From a bacterium (lineage in GTDB: Bacteria > JADJOY01): a stretch of DNA of 64,000 bases. The DNA lies in assembly GCA_046331705.1 (NCBI GenBank), contig JAXLQJ010000034.1:1-64000 (forward strand), read 5' to 3'. The notes beneath the pieces are model-generated. The model was not told the DNA's origin and did no database searches. It was given only the letters and a program-made list of their open reading frames with translations. This document shows, in pieces, positions 9,923-19,482 of the stretch. The translations under genes and the position numbers were made by a program. The stretch's first letter is position 1, and each line of letters starts with the position of its first letter.

Positions 9923-10921
9923 TCAGCTCGCCAATGCGAGCGCACGCTCGCCGTCGAGCGCGGTCCACCAATCCTTCGAGTAGAACTGCCGGTACCACTT
10001 GCGCCACACCGGGATCGGACCGTCGGCGTCCGACAGCAGCGGCCGGTGGACGAAGCGCTTGGTGTTCCACACCGGGATGTCCTGCTCGTACTGCATCGTC
10101 AGGTAGCTCTGGTACATCTCGGCGATGGTGTCGTCGGTCTCGGGGTCGCCCTGGCGCTTGAGCGTGAACACGATCCACGCGTCGATGACGTCCTCGTCGA
10201 CCGGCGTCTGATTGACGAACGCCAACGTCTCGACGGGCCCCACCTCGACGCGCAGGATCGCGACGCCGGGACCAACGGTCCGGGTCTTCACCGGCACCTC
10301 GATGTCCGCCATCACGCCCTCGCCCATCCGCATGTGCTGGAACACGTGCAGCTCGTGCCCGTGCACCTCGACGTTGTTGCCGGCGTTCTCGGGCGGGACC
10401 ATGCCGTGGACGCCGAGCAGGTGCATCGCGTCGAGCACGTTCTCGCCGACCTCCTGGCAATGCGTCTGGATGCGGTAGTGACTCACGCGCAGCGGCGTCC
10501 AGTCGTCGCCGAGAATCCCGTCGAGCAGCGGAATCTCCCACTCCGGCGCCTTGCCTTCGGCGTGGTGCCAGACGAAGACCAGCCCGTTGCGCTCCAGCAC
10601 CGGCCAGCACGCCACCGCCGCCTTGGCCGGGATGTGCTTGGCGTGCGGCACGACGGTGGTGTGGCCGTCGCTCGCCGCGAAACGCCAACGGTGCATGAGG
10701 CATTCGAGGTCGCCGTCGACGACGCGCCCGAGCCCGAGATGCGCTCCGAGATGCGGACAGTACGCGTCGAAGACCCGCGCCTCGCCCTCTTGGGTGCGAA
10801 ACAGCACGAGGTCCTTGCCGAAGTAGTGGATCGACTTCACCTCACCGGGGCTCAGGTCACGCGAGAGTGCCACCTGGAACCAGCCGTTCGGGTTTTGAGG
10901 CATCGGAAAGCGCGACGTCAT
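9923..10921 (-). CDS. Second Rieske [2Fe-2S] oxygenase, KshA/Neverland-like
   Basis: CPHLGAH...CLMHRW; ENVLDAMHLLGVH; QDIPVWNTK; DGPIPVWRKWYRQF. Confidence 0.9.
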   Translation of the reverse strand: MTSRFPMPQNPNGWFQVALSRDLSPGEVKSIHYFGKDLVLFRTQEGEARVFDAYCPHLGAHLGLGRVVDGDLECLMHRWRFAASDGHTTVVPHAKHIPAKAAVACWPVLERNGLVFVWHHAEGKAPEWEIPLLDGILGDDWTPLRVSHYRIQTHCQEVGENVLDAMHLLGVHGMVPPENAGNNVEVHGHELHVFQHMRMGEGVMADIEVPVKTRTVGPGVAILRVEVGPVETLAFVNQTPVDEDVIDAWIVFTLKRQGDPETDDTIAEMYQSYLTMQYEQDIPVWNTKRFVHRPLLSDADGPIPVWRKWYRQFYSKDWWTALDGERALALAS

Positions 10922-10959
10922 TCACTCCTCCGTTGTGCGAGCACCGAGCGCTCGGCGTC

Positions 10960-10981
10960 GAAGTAGAACATGTTCTACTTC
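10960..10981. promoter_or_regulatory. Perfect 22-bp palindromic operator containing a KstR-type box
   Basis: GAAGTAGAACATGTTCTACTTC; core TAGAACATGTTCTA fits TnnAACnnGTTnnA; about 40 bp upstream of the Rieske start. Confidence 0.75.
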
Positions 10982-11008
10982 ATGCTCGACGATGCACCAG
11001 AGCGTGTC

Positions 11009-11024
11009 TGTGACGCTCGTCACA
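11009..11024. promoter_or_regulatory. Consensus CRP-type binding site
   Basis: TGTGA-CGCTCG-TCACA upstream of the Rieske pair. Confidence 0.7.
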
Positions 11025-11126
11025 CAACGAAACGCGCCCGGGCAACGCCCCGCCTCGATCGCCAGCGCTGCCGCCAACCCCTCGAAATCCCGAGAGATCC
11101 TTGCGGGCGGCCAAGCCGCCCCGGAA

Positions 11127-12734
11127 TCAGGGAGCGGCGGAGGCGTCGATCGGGAAGCGTTCGGCGAGCGTCGCGGACACACCTCCGCGCAGCGCGATGT
11201 CCCGGTAGACACCCGCCACCGCGCGGGGGCTGCGCGTCTTCGCGGGATCGGCGGCGTCGACGGCGTAGAGGCCGAACGGCGTCCCCATGCCTTGATTCCA
11301 CTCGTAGTTGTCCATCAGCGACCAGTAGAAGTAGCCGCGCACGTCGGCGCCTTCGTCGATGGCCCGGGCGATCCAAGCGAGGTTCTCCACCAGGAACCGG
11401 TCCTGGGGCGGATATCCGGCTTCGTCGGGCGCGCCGTTCTCGGTGACGTAGATCGGCAGATGGAAGCGTTGCGCCGCGTAGCTCACGGCTTCGTAGATGC
11501 CGCGCGCGTAGTCGCGGTCGTAGGCGAGCGTGAGCGGATTGAACGTGGTGAGCGACGAGAGCCCCGGCAGGATCGCGAGGCCGGGCACCAGGAACTGCTC
11601 GACGAAGATCCGGTTGTAGTAGTTCACACCCAGCCAATCCATGCGGCCGGCGAGCTCGGGCGGCATCGCGTCGACGGTGCCGTCGAGATCGGTGTCGAGC
11701 TCGCCGAGCGCGACCGCTCGCAGGAAGACCTCGTCGTAGAGGTACTGGACGTTCTGGGCGGCGAGCCGATCTCCCGGCTTGGACGCGTCCTTCGGATAGA
11801 CGGGGCTCAGGTTGTAGACGAGGCCGATGCTGGCGGCGCTGCCATCGCCGTCGGCGTCCGTGAGGTCGTTCGCCTTCACGGCGTCGAACATGCGCGCGTG
11901 GGCGTCGATCATCGCGAAGATCGCGGTCTTGGCGGCCTCGGTCTGGAGCAAGAGCGCCGGCGGGTTGCTGCGCTCCTGCGACGGATAGAGGTAGCCGGGA
12001 TAGAAGACGGCCAGCGGCTCGTTGAGCGTTGCCCAACGATCGACCTCGGCGCCGAACTCGGCGGCCACGAAGCCCGCGTACTTGGCGATCTCGCGCACGA
12101 TCCGCTCGCGATCCACCCAGCCGCGCCGCGTACACGACGCGAAATCGAGATGGCACCCCACGCCGTCGTGGATCCAGCTCGGCAACGTGTAGTGATCGAG
12201 CGTCACCATGGGCTCGAGCCCGCGCGCCCGGAGCGCCGCCAGCATGTCGTGGTATCGGGCGAGCGCCGCGGGATTCGCCAGTGCGCGCAACGCCTCGAGC
12301 GTGGTTGCGTCATCGGTGGCGGTGGGAAAGATCCGGCTCCACTCGAAGCTCATCCGATAGGCATCGTTGGCGAGCGCGTGGGCCGCGCGGTCGAAATCCT
12401 CCTCGAAGAGCTCCCAATGGCCCGGCCCTGCCGACGGCGGGTCGCCGCTCAGGTAGGCCGTGGGCGACGCCAGCGTCTCGGGCGAGGTGATGAACGCGTA
12501 CCAATCGGAGCCGCGGTCCTCGCACTCGTTCGCGGCGACCGTCGGGCAGCCCATCTCCACCTGGAATCCCGCCGTGGCGGTGCCCCAGCGAAATCCCGCC
12601 GGGAAGGCGTAGGCGAGCGGACCACCCGGCCCGCCCGAGCCATCGCACGCGCCGAGCACCGTCCCCGCGGCGAGAATCGCCCAGGCACCGCGCACCGCAC
12701 GCACCGCACGCGTCGTCGTGAGCCGAGTCGCCAT
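11127..12734 (-). CDS. Glycoside hydrolase family 1 (beta-glucosidase-like) lipoprotein
   Basis: Lipobox VLGAC; FRWGTATAGFQVE; catalytic TLNEP and VTENG motifs; WSLMDNYEW. Confidence 0.92.
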   Translation of the reverse strand: MATRLTTTRAVRAVRGAWAILAAGTVLGACDGSGGPGGPLAYAFPAGFRWGTATAGFQVEMGCPTVAANECEDRGSDWYAFITSPETLASPTAYLSGDPPSAGPGHWELFEEDFDRAAHALANDAYRMSFEWSRIFPTATDDATTLEALRALANPAALARYHDMLAALRARGLEPMVTLDHYTLPSWIHDGVGCHLDFASCTRRGWVDRERIVREIAKYAGFVAAEFGAEVDRWATLNEPLAVFYPGYLYPSQERSNPPALLLQTEAAKTAIFAMIDAHARMFDAVKANDLTDADGDGSAASIGLVYNLSPVYPKDASKPGDRLAAQNVQYLYDEVFLRAVALGELDTDLDGTVDAMPPELAGRMDWLGVNYYNRIFVEQFLVPGLAILPGLSSLTTFNPLTLAYDRDYARGIYEAVSYAAQRFHLPIYVTENGAPDEAGYPPQDRFLVENLAWIARAIDEGADVRGYFYWSLMDNYEWNQGMGTPFGLYAVDAADPAKTRSPRAVAGVYRDIALRGGVSATLAERFPIDASAAP

Positions 12735-12832
12735 GCCGGCCTCCCGCATCGTCAGCGCTTCGTTCGCATTCTCGCTCCGTCGAGCGGCGAAGCGAGATGC
12801 ATCTCGGCGCGGGTGCGCGACGAAAGCGACCC

Positions 12833-14128
12833 TCAGTGGGTCACGAACGACTCGATGGCGTGCGCGTAGGATTCCGCGTCTCGCTCGCCGAGCTCGATGA
12901 GCGCCCGCAGATAGCGCGGTTCGAAGAGGATGAAGCTGAGCGAGTCGGCGCTGTCGGTCTCGCGTGTGCCGAGACCGCGCGTCAGGAACCTGAGCGCGCT
13001 CGGCAGGTGGGGCTCGAATTGGCGCGCCAGCACCCCGGGGTCCTGGGAGGGCCGGATCACGAAGAGCTCGACCTGGCGGGTCCCGTTGGGCAGCGGGCCG
13101 CCGCCGCGCAGCAAGAGCTCGTTCACCTGCACCAGCCGAAGCGCGTCTTGCTCCAGCATGTCGAGGAACACGGTGTTGAGGATCGTGCCGATCACTTGAG
13201 CGGGTGGCGGATAGGCCGCGGTCGGGTTCGCCGCCTCCCGCTCGAAGGCCGCGAAGCGCGTCGACACCGCGAGGATGCGGCGCGCGCCCAGGTGCAGCGC
13301 TGGCGAGAGCGGTGCCGCGAGCCGTACGTCGCCGTCGCCGTGCCAGGTGCCGCCGATGCGCACCGCGGGGAACAGCAAGGGCAGCGCCGCCGAAGCGAGC
13401 ACGTGATCGACACCGAGCTGGGTGCGGATGCCGACCCGCTGCGGCCGCGCCCACGGCTCCACCTCCGGCCCCTGGAACCACGTGACCGATCGTCCGGTCG
13501 CGTAGCAGGTGGTGGTGATGGCGACCGCCCGCAGCCGATCGCTCGCGACGTTCGCGTCGATGCCCGCGAGCGCGTGCCCCTCGCGGGTCAGCACGCGCGT
13601 CACCAGCTCGCGCAGCGGCGCCGTGTCGACCAAGCTGGTGAAGCGCGGCGCGCTCGCCGATCCGCCCGAGAAGAGCCGCAACCCGAACCGCGCGGCGTGT
13701 GAGGCCAGCGAGCGCCGATCCACGCGGAACACCTGCTCCACGCTCAAGCTCGACCACAGCTCGGCCAGCTCTTCCACCGCGCTCACGAGCGAGCCCGGAT
13801 GATTCGCGAGCGCCACCGCGTTGAGGGCGCCGGCGGAGACTCCGGTGAGAATCGGGATGGTGAGCTCGGGGAAGCGGCGCGCCAGGAACTTGAGCAGCCC
13901 GACCTGGTAGGCCGCGCGCGCGCCGCCGCCGGTGAGGACCAGCGCCATGCCCCTTCCGTCGGCGGGCCGCGGCACGATCCGCGCGGCTTGGGGCGCCCCG
14001 CGGACACTCGGCGCCTCGCTGGCGGGATCGAGCGCGCGAGCGGACGCCGGTAGAGGCGCGCTCGGAGCCACGCGGGCGGGCAGCGAATCGTCGCAAGGGT
14101 CTGCCGGCGGGCGCGTCCACTCGAGCAC
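12833..14128 (-). CDS. Patatin-like phospholipase
   Basis: GGGARAAY glycine loop, GVSAG nucleophile, GDG catalytic Asp; GGGAGG RBS 7 nt before GTG 14128. Confidence 0.9.
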   Translation of the reverse strand: MLEWTRPPADPCDDSLPARVAPSAPLPASARALDPASEAPSVRGAPQAARIVPRPADGRGMALVLTGGGARAAYQVGLLKFLARRFPELTIPILTGVSAGALNAVALANHPGSLVSAVEELAELWSSLSVEQVFRVDRRSLASHAARFGLRLFSGGSASAPRFTSLVDTAPLRELVTRVLTREGHALAGIDANVASDRLRAVAITTTCYATGRSVTWFQGPEVEPWARPQRVGIRTQLGVDHVLASAALPLLFPAVRIGGTWHGDGDVRLAAPLSPALHLGARRILAVSTRFAAFEREAANPTAAYPPPAQVIGTILNTVFLDMLEQDALRLVQVNELLLRGGGPLPNGTRQVELFVIRPSQDPGVLARQFEPHLPSALRFLTRGLGTRETDSADSLSFILFEPRYLRALIELGERDAESYAHAIESFVTH

Positions 14129-14149
14129 GGCATGGCCTCCCGGCTCTGG

Positions 14150-14176
14150 TTATCGGCGCGCGGCCTTCGCCCTTGA
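14150..14176 (-). promoter_or_regulatory. sigma28 (FliA) promoter upstream of the patatin gene
   Basis: Minus strand TCAAG-N14-GCCGATAA. Confidence 0.7.
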
Positions 14177-14352
14177 GCGCTCGGCCCGGCCGAGCGCGCG
14201 GGGTGGTGTGCGTCAGCGGACTCCGCAGGTTGCGGAGCCGGCTGACGGTGGCATCCGCGGCAGGCACCGGCGGCCTTCCGATGCGAGTGCGATTCCGCGA
14301 GCGATGTCCACCACTTACACGGGCCTCCCGGACGCGGCGCGAAGCCGTCGCC

Positions 14353-14368
14353 AGGCATTCGGCTTGCT
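14353..14368 (+). promoter_or_regulatory. sigma54 -24/-12 promoter of the fliL operon
   Basis: AGGCATTCGGCTTGCT (GG-N10-GC), about 40 bp before fliL. Confidence 0.65.
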
Positions 14369-14408
14369 CGAAGGGCCGGCATCCCCTCGAGCAACGGAGC
14401 GCTCCCCC

Positions 14409-15041
14409 ATGGCGGAAGGTGCAAAGGACAAAGAGAAGGTCGTGATCGAGGAAGGCGCCGCGGCGGCCCCTCCCAAGAGCTCGAAGACCAAGCTCATCGT
14501 CATCATCGCGGTGGTGGTGCTCTTGCTCGGCGGCGGAGGTGGCGCGGCCTACTTCTTCGTGCTCAAGCCGAAGCTGGCCGCGGCCAAGAGCGACACGCCG
14601 GCCGACGCCGAAAGCGAAGGCGAGGCCGAGAGCGCGCACGGCGACAAGAAGGAGCCGCCGGCGAGCGAGCACGGCGAGAAGAAGGAAAGCGGCGGCGAGA
14701 AAGGCGCCAAGGGCGGCCACGGCGCCAAGGGTGCCGCGGAGTCGAACAACGTCGCCCTCGAGCCCTTCATCGTGAACCTCAACGACCCGAGCGGGAACCG
14801 CTACCTGAAGGTCGACATGGTTCTCGAGATGCGCGGCGAAGGCTGCGCCGAGGCGATCGCCGCCAAGCGCGAGCGGCTGCGTGACTCGATCATCCTGCTG
14901 CTGCGCTCGAAGACCATGGCTGACCTCCAGGACGTCGACGGCGTCCTCAATCTCAAGAAAGAGGTCATCACCCGCGCCAACTACGAGCAGGACCGCTGCA
15001 AGGCCCTCGACCTGCTGTTCACGGACCTGGTCATCCAATGA
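14409..15041 (+). CDS. fliL: Flagellar basal body-associated protein FliL
   Basis: N-terminal TM followed by GGGGGAAYFF; LEPFIVNL..RYLK; LLFTDLVIQ end. Confidence 0.92.
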   Translation: MAEGAKDKEKVVIEEGAAAAPPKSSKTKLIVIIAVVVLLLGGGGGAAYFFVLKPKLAAAKSDTPADAESEGEAESAHGDKKEPPASEHGEKKESGGEKGAKGGHGAKGAAESNNVALEPFIVNLNDPSGNRYLKVDMVLEMRGEGCAEAIAAKRERLRDSIILLLRSKTMADLQDVDGVLNLKKEVITRANYEQDRCKALDLLFTDLVIQ

Positions 15042-16048
15042 CCTCGCCGGTGTTGCGCACCCACCACGGGGCACCGGACGAGCCGGTGCTCTCGCAGGCC
15101 GAGATCGATGCCCTCCTGGAGGCGATCCACGACGGCGCGATCGACCTGAAGTCGGCGGCCCAGGAGGCCACCGAGGTCGAGGCCTTCGATTTCAGCCGCC
15201 AGTACCGCGTCGCGCAGAAGATGCCGACGCTCGACCTGATCCACAAGCGCTTCTCGACCGGGCTACGCGCGGCGCTGGCCGCGATGCTCGGCCGCAACGT
15301 CGAGGTGGCGGTGTTGTCGACGCGCACCACGCCGTACGGCCGCTTCCTCGCCTCGCTGCCGCCGATCGCGAGCTTCAGCCTCTTCGGCCTCGATCCGCTC
15401 GGCGGCTACGGGATGGTGGTGCTGCACCCCGAGCTGATCTCGATCTTCATCGATCTGCTGCTCGGCAATCGCGAGCTCAACACGCCGGTGGCGCTCACCC
15501 GCGACCTCACCGCCGTGGAGCTGCGGCTCGGCCGGCGCATCGCCGAGTCCGTGCTCGCGTCCTATCGCGAGGGCTGGCAAGCGGTGCAGCCGCTCAAGCT
15601 CAATTACCTGCGCACCGAGCAGGCGAGCCTCTTCACGCCGATCGCCCCCAACGACGAGATGGTGGTGGTCGTCGACGTCGAGGTGACCATCGCCACCTTC
15701 ACCGAGTCGCTGGCGGTGGTGATCCCCGACGCGTCGCTCGAGAGCGTCCGGCAGAAGCTCATCAAGGACTTCCGCATCACCGACCCCAAGGCCACGCGCT
15801 CGTTCGGCGAGCTGATCGCGGAGCGCCTGCCCGCCCTCGAAGTGCTGGTGCAAGTCGAGCTGGGCCGGATGCACGCACGGGTCGGCGACGTCGTGAACCT
15901 CGCCGTCGGCGACGTGCTGACGCTGAGCCAGCGGGTCGAGGATCCGCTCACCGCCTTCGTCGAGGGCGTCCCGAAGTTCGCCGGCACCACGGGTGCGTCG
16001 GGCGGCAGCGTGGCGCTCGAGCTGACCAACCGAATCCAAGCTCGTTGA
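15038..16048 (+). CDS. fliM: Flagellar motor switch protein FliM
   Basis: LSQAEIDALL CheY-binding motif, CheC-like middle domain, C-terminal SpoA domain. Confidence 0.95.
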   Translation: MTSPVLRTHHGAPDEPVLSQAEIDALLEAIHDGAIDLKSAAQEATEVEAFDFSRQYRVAQKMPTLDLIHKRFSTGLRAALAAMLGRNVEVAVLSTRTTPYGRFLASLPPIASFSLFGLDPLGGYGMVVLHPELISIFIDLLLGNRELNTPVALTRDLTAVELRLGRRIAESVLASYREGWQAVQPLKLNYLRTEQASLFTPIAPNDEMVVVVDVEVTIATFTESLAVVIPDASLESVRQKLIKDFRITDPKATRSFGELIAERLPALEVLVQVELGRMHARVGDVVNLAVGDVLTLSQRVEDPLTAFVEGVPKFAGTTGASGGSVALELTNRIQAR

Positions 16049-16096
16049 GCTTGGGAACCGAGCCACCACCGATTCGCGCGCCACGAGGATCCTTCC

Positions 16097-16429
16097 ATGA
16101 GCAAGCCCGGCGATACCCAGCCCTCCACGGCCAACGACCCCGCGCTCGACGGCGGCGCCAGCCAGGCCGTGCAGGACCTCTCGTTCGTGATGGACATTCC
16201 CCTCGAGATCTCGGTCGAGCTGGGACGCACGCGTCTCAAGATCGAGGATCTCCTCTCCCTCGGCAGCGCTTCGGTGATCGAGCTCGATCGCTTCGCCGGC
16301 GAGCCGGTGGACGTGCTCGTGAACCGCAAGCTCATCGCGCGCGGCGAGTGCGTGGTGGTGCACGACAAGTTCGGCGTTCGCCTCACCGAGGTGGTGAGCG
16401 CGCGCGACCGGCTCGAGCCGCTGCGATGA
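16097..16429 (+). CDS. fliN: Flagellar motor switch protein FliN
   Basis: DIPLEISVELGRT...GEPVDVLVN...GECVVVHDKFGVR. Confidence 0.95.
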   Translation: MSKPGDTQPSTANDPALDGGASQAVQDLSFVMDIPLEISVELGRTRLKIEDLLSLGSASVIELDRFAGEPVDVLVNRKLIARGECVVVHDKFGVRLTEVVSARDRLEPLR

Positions 16430-16452
16430 CACCGCTTCGGGGAGCTGCGCCG

Positions 16453-17526
16453 ATGACCACCCGCGACCGCTTCCGCCCGTACCGCCAACGCCTCGCGTCG
16501 CTCGCCAGCCTGGCGCTCGGGCTCGTGCTCGCCGCCGACGCGCGCGCCTACGACGACTCCGGCAGCCGCGCTCCCACGCTCGCCGCCGAGCTCGACACCA
16601 GCGCCGTCAGCGCGAGCCGCGTCGACACCGAGGAGCCGCCCGCGGCACCCAAGCCCAAGACCCGCAAACCGTCGGTCGCGACCAAGCGCGCAGCCGACAC
16701 CGCGCCCGTGGCCGAGCAGCCCTCCGCGACCGCCGCGACGGCAGCAGCCGCGGCACCTGCGCCAACGAGCGTCGCTCGGGCCGCCGCCCCGGCCCCCGAG
16801 GCCACGGCCGCCGAGCCCCGCGCCGCGATTCAGCCGCTCACGCCGATCGCGCTGCCCACACCCGAGCCCTCGGCGCTCTCGACGCCGGTGTGGCCGCGAC
16901 CGGAGGCCGAGCGCAATGCCAGGCGCGTCGATTCCAGCGCACGCGGCGGCGACTCGACCGTGAGCCGCACCGCGCTCGGAGGCGGACTCGGCCTCGGCAA
17001 TCCGATCGATCTCGGCGCCGCGTTGACCCGCAGCGCCGCGTCGGTCGTGGTGTGCGTGCTGGTCGGCGGCGCGCTGCTCTTCTGGAGCAAGCGCCGCGGC
17101 CACGGTGCCCTCGCCGCCGCCGGCAACGACCGCGACCGCTTGCTGGTGATCGCGAGCCGGGCGCTGGCACCCCGTCGCAGCCTGCACCTGATCGAGGTCG
17201 AGGGTGTGCGGCTCTTGATCGGCGTCGACGCCGAGCAGATCCGTCCGCTGGCGCTGGTGCCGGCGACGCCGCACCCCGCCACGGCGGCCGCGGTCGCGTC
17301 GACGGTCGCCGCCACCGAGACCATGCGCGCCGCGGCAGCGCCGAAGCCCGCGGCAGCGGCCCGTCCGACGGCGCCCGAGCCCTCCCTCGAGACCGTCGAC
17401 GTGCGCGCCTCGCTCGAGCGCGCGACTCGCTCCGGCGCCGTGCGCGCCCCCGATCCGAGCGCGTTGCTCGGCCTCGCCTCGACCCTCAAGCGACATCTCA
17501 AGAACGGCAACGGGAGCGCGGCGTGA
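16453..17526 (+). CDS. fliO: FliO/FliZ-like export protein with a long Ala/Pro-rich N-terminal extension
   Basis: Lies between fliN and fliP; TM followed by LLVIASRALAPRRSLHLIEVEGVRLLIGV; start could be 16426. Confidence 0.75.
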   Translation: MTTRDRFRPYRQRLASLASLALGLVLAADARAYDDSGSRAPTLAAELDTSAVSASRVDTEEPPAAPKPKTRKPSVATKRAADTAPVAEQPSATAATAAAAAPAPTSVARAAAPAPEATAAEPRAAIQPLTPIALPTPEPSALSTPVWPRPEAERNARRVDSSARGGDSTVSRTALGGGLGLGNPIDLGAALTRSAASVVVCVLVGGALLFWSKRRGHGALAAAGNDRDRLLVIASRALAPRRSLHLIEVEGVRLLIGVDAEQIRPLALVPATPHPATAAAVASTVAATETMRAAAAPKPAAAARPTAPEPSLETVDVRASLERATRSGAVRAPDPSALLGLASTLKRHLKNGNGSAA

Positions 17527-18302
17527 ACCGCTCGTACCGACGGACCGCGGCCCGGGTGCTCGGGTACGCCGCCTGCGCGACGGTCGTCGCGCTGGCCTGG
17601 ACGGTTTCCGCTCACGCGCAAGCCAGCGGCGGGCCGTCGCTCAAGCTCGACCTCGGCGACCTGAGCGCCGGGCGTGCCTCCAACCTCATCGAGATGGTGG
17701 CGCTCATCACGGTGATCGGGCTCGCGCCCTCGGTGCTGGTGCTCTTCACCTCGTTCACGCGCATCCTGATCTCGCTCTCGATCCTGCGCCAGGCGCTCGG
17801 CCTGCCGCAGGTGCCGCCGAACCAGGTGCTGATCGGCCTGGCCCTCTTCCTGTCGGTGTTCGTGATGCGGCCGGTCTGGGAGCAGGTCGACACGCAGGCG
17901 CTCACGCCCTACCTCGCCGAGGAGATCGACGCTCGCGAGGGCCTAACGCGCGCCTGGGGCCCGGTGCGCACGTTCATGCTGGCGCAGACCCGCGACAGCG
18001 ACCTGGCGCTCTTCGTCGAGCTGTCGCGGCAGCCGATCCCGACGCAGCGCGAGGACGTGCGCTTCGACGCGCTCGCACCCGCGTTCCTCCTGAGCGAGCT
18101 CAAGACCAGCTTCCTGATCGGATTCCTGCTCTACGTGCCGTTCCTGGTGCTCGACCTGGTGGTGGGCTCGGTGCTGCTGGCGATGGGCATGATGGTGCTC
18201 CCGCCGGTGGTGATCTCCCTGCCCTTCAAGCTGCTGCTGTTCGTGATGGTCGACGGCTGGTCCCTGGTCGTCGGCTCGCTGGTACGGGGATTCCACACGT
18301 GA
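17523..18302 (+). CDS. fliP: Flagellar export protein FliP
   Basis: TSFTRILI..LRQALGLPQVPPNQVLIGLALFL; PAFLLSELK; LPFKLLLFVMVDGW. Confidence 0.95.
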   Translation: MNRSYRRTAARVLGYAACATVVALAWTVSAHAQASGGPSLKLDLGDLSAGRASNLIEMVALITVIGLAPSVLVLFTSFTRILISLSILRQALGLPQVPPNQVLIGLALFLSVFVMRPVWEQVDTQALTPYLAEEIDAREGLTRAWGPVRTFMLAQTRDSDLALFVELSRQPIPTQREDVRFDALAPAFLLSELKTSFLIGFLLYVPFLVLDLVVGSVLLAMGMMVLPPVVISLPFKLLLFVMVDGWSLVVGSLVRGFHT

Positions 18303-18381
18303 GTCGAGCGACGACGAGAGACCTCGGGCGGTTTCCCGCCCCTCCCCCGCGCGTGCTCACGGCAGACCGGAGGATCGCGCG

Positions 18382-18645
18382 ATGAGCTCGGTGGACGTGG
18401 CACAGGTGGCCGGGATGGCGCTCAGGACCGGAATCCTGGTGGCCGGGCCGTTGCTCACCGCCGGGATGCTGGTCGGGATCCTCTTCGGCGTGCTGCAAGC
18501 GATGACGCAGATCCACGAGGCGACCCTCGCGGTGGTGCCGAAGATGGCCGCCGTGATCGGCGCGCTGGCGGTGGGCGGGCCGTGGATGTTCCAGACCTTG
18601 CGCCAGCTCATCGTCGGCCTCTACCGACTGATCCCCAGCGTCTGA
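18382..18645 (+). CDS. fliQ: Flagellar export protein FliQ
   Basis: LQAMTQIHEATLAVVPK; GPWM. Confidence 0.93.
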   Translation: MSSVDVAQVAGMALRTGILVAGPLLTAGMLVGILFGVLQAMTQIHEATLAVVPKMAAVIGALAVGGPWMFQTLRQLIVGLYRLIPSV

Positions 18646-18669
18646 GCCGATGGGCGCCGAGCGTCGACC

Positions 18670-19458
18670 GTGATCGAGCTGCACGCCACCAGCGCCTGGA
18701 TCACCACCTTCGCGGCCGTGCTGGCGCGAGTGGCGGCGTTCGTGATCGCGGCGCCCATCCTCGGTCAGAACGTGATTCCCGCGCGCGTGCGGCTGCTGCT
18801 CATCGTGGCCATCGCGGCGTCGTTGGTCTCCGTCGCTCCCGCGCCGGCGCTCGACGCCGGGCACGCGCCGCTCTCGGTCGCCTTCGGGTTGGTGCTGGAG
18901 GCGCTGGTGGGCGCGCTGCTCGGCTTCGTCGCGCGGCTGGTCTTCGACGCGGTGAGCTTCGCGGCCGAGGCGATCTCCATCAGCATGGGCCTCGGCTCGG
19001 CGAGCCTCTTCGATCCGATGCTCGGACAGCAGGGCTCGGTGCTCACGCTCTTCGAGGGGCAGGTGGCGGTGGCGCTGTTCGTGGCGCTCGACGGCCATCA
19101 CGTGCTCTTCGAGGTGCTCGGCCGATCGCTGCAAGCGGTGCCGTTGCTCACCCCGCACATCGGCCCGGGCCTCGCGTGGGGGTTGGTGCAGGTGGTCACG
19201 ACCACCGCCGCCGCCGGTCTCGCGCTGGCCGCGCCGGTGCTCACGACGCTGCTGCTCTTCCAGACCGGCCTCGCCGTCTTGACCCGCGCGGTGCCCTCGC
19301 TCGGATCGTTCGCGAGCATGGGCTTTCTCGCGACTGTGGCGGTGGGCTTGCTCCTGCTGCAGGCGACCCACAGCCACTGGCTACAGGCGGTCGCGGGTCT
19401 CATCGATCTCACGGGCCGGCAGATGAACGCCGCCTTCGGAGCGCTGGCGACACCCTGA
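18670..19458 (+). CDS. fliR: Flagellar export protein FliR
   Basis: Hydrophobic; P..VR, MGLG..DP and LDGHH motifs; synteny. Confidence 0.9.
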   Translation: MIELHATSAWITTFAAVLARVAAFVIAAPILGQNVIPARVRLLLIVAIAASLVSVAPAPALDAGHAPLSVAFGLVLEALVGALLGFVARLVFDAVSFAAEAISISMGLGSASLFDPMLGQQGSVLTLFEGQVAVALFVALDGHHVLFEVLGRSLQAVPLLTPHIGPGLAWGLVQVVTTTAAAGLALAAPVLTTLLLFQTGLAVLTRAVPSLGSFASMGFLATVAVGLLLLQATHSHWLQAVAGLIDLTGRQMNAAFGALATP

Positions 19459-19482
19459 CGAGGGGTGCGCGAGGACGGGACC

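Noticed and set aside
12735-15074. 1315-aa GH1 fusion ORF
   Set aside because: The extension overlaps patatin and fliL in other frames; the GH1 has its own RBS and lipoprotein signal at 12734
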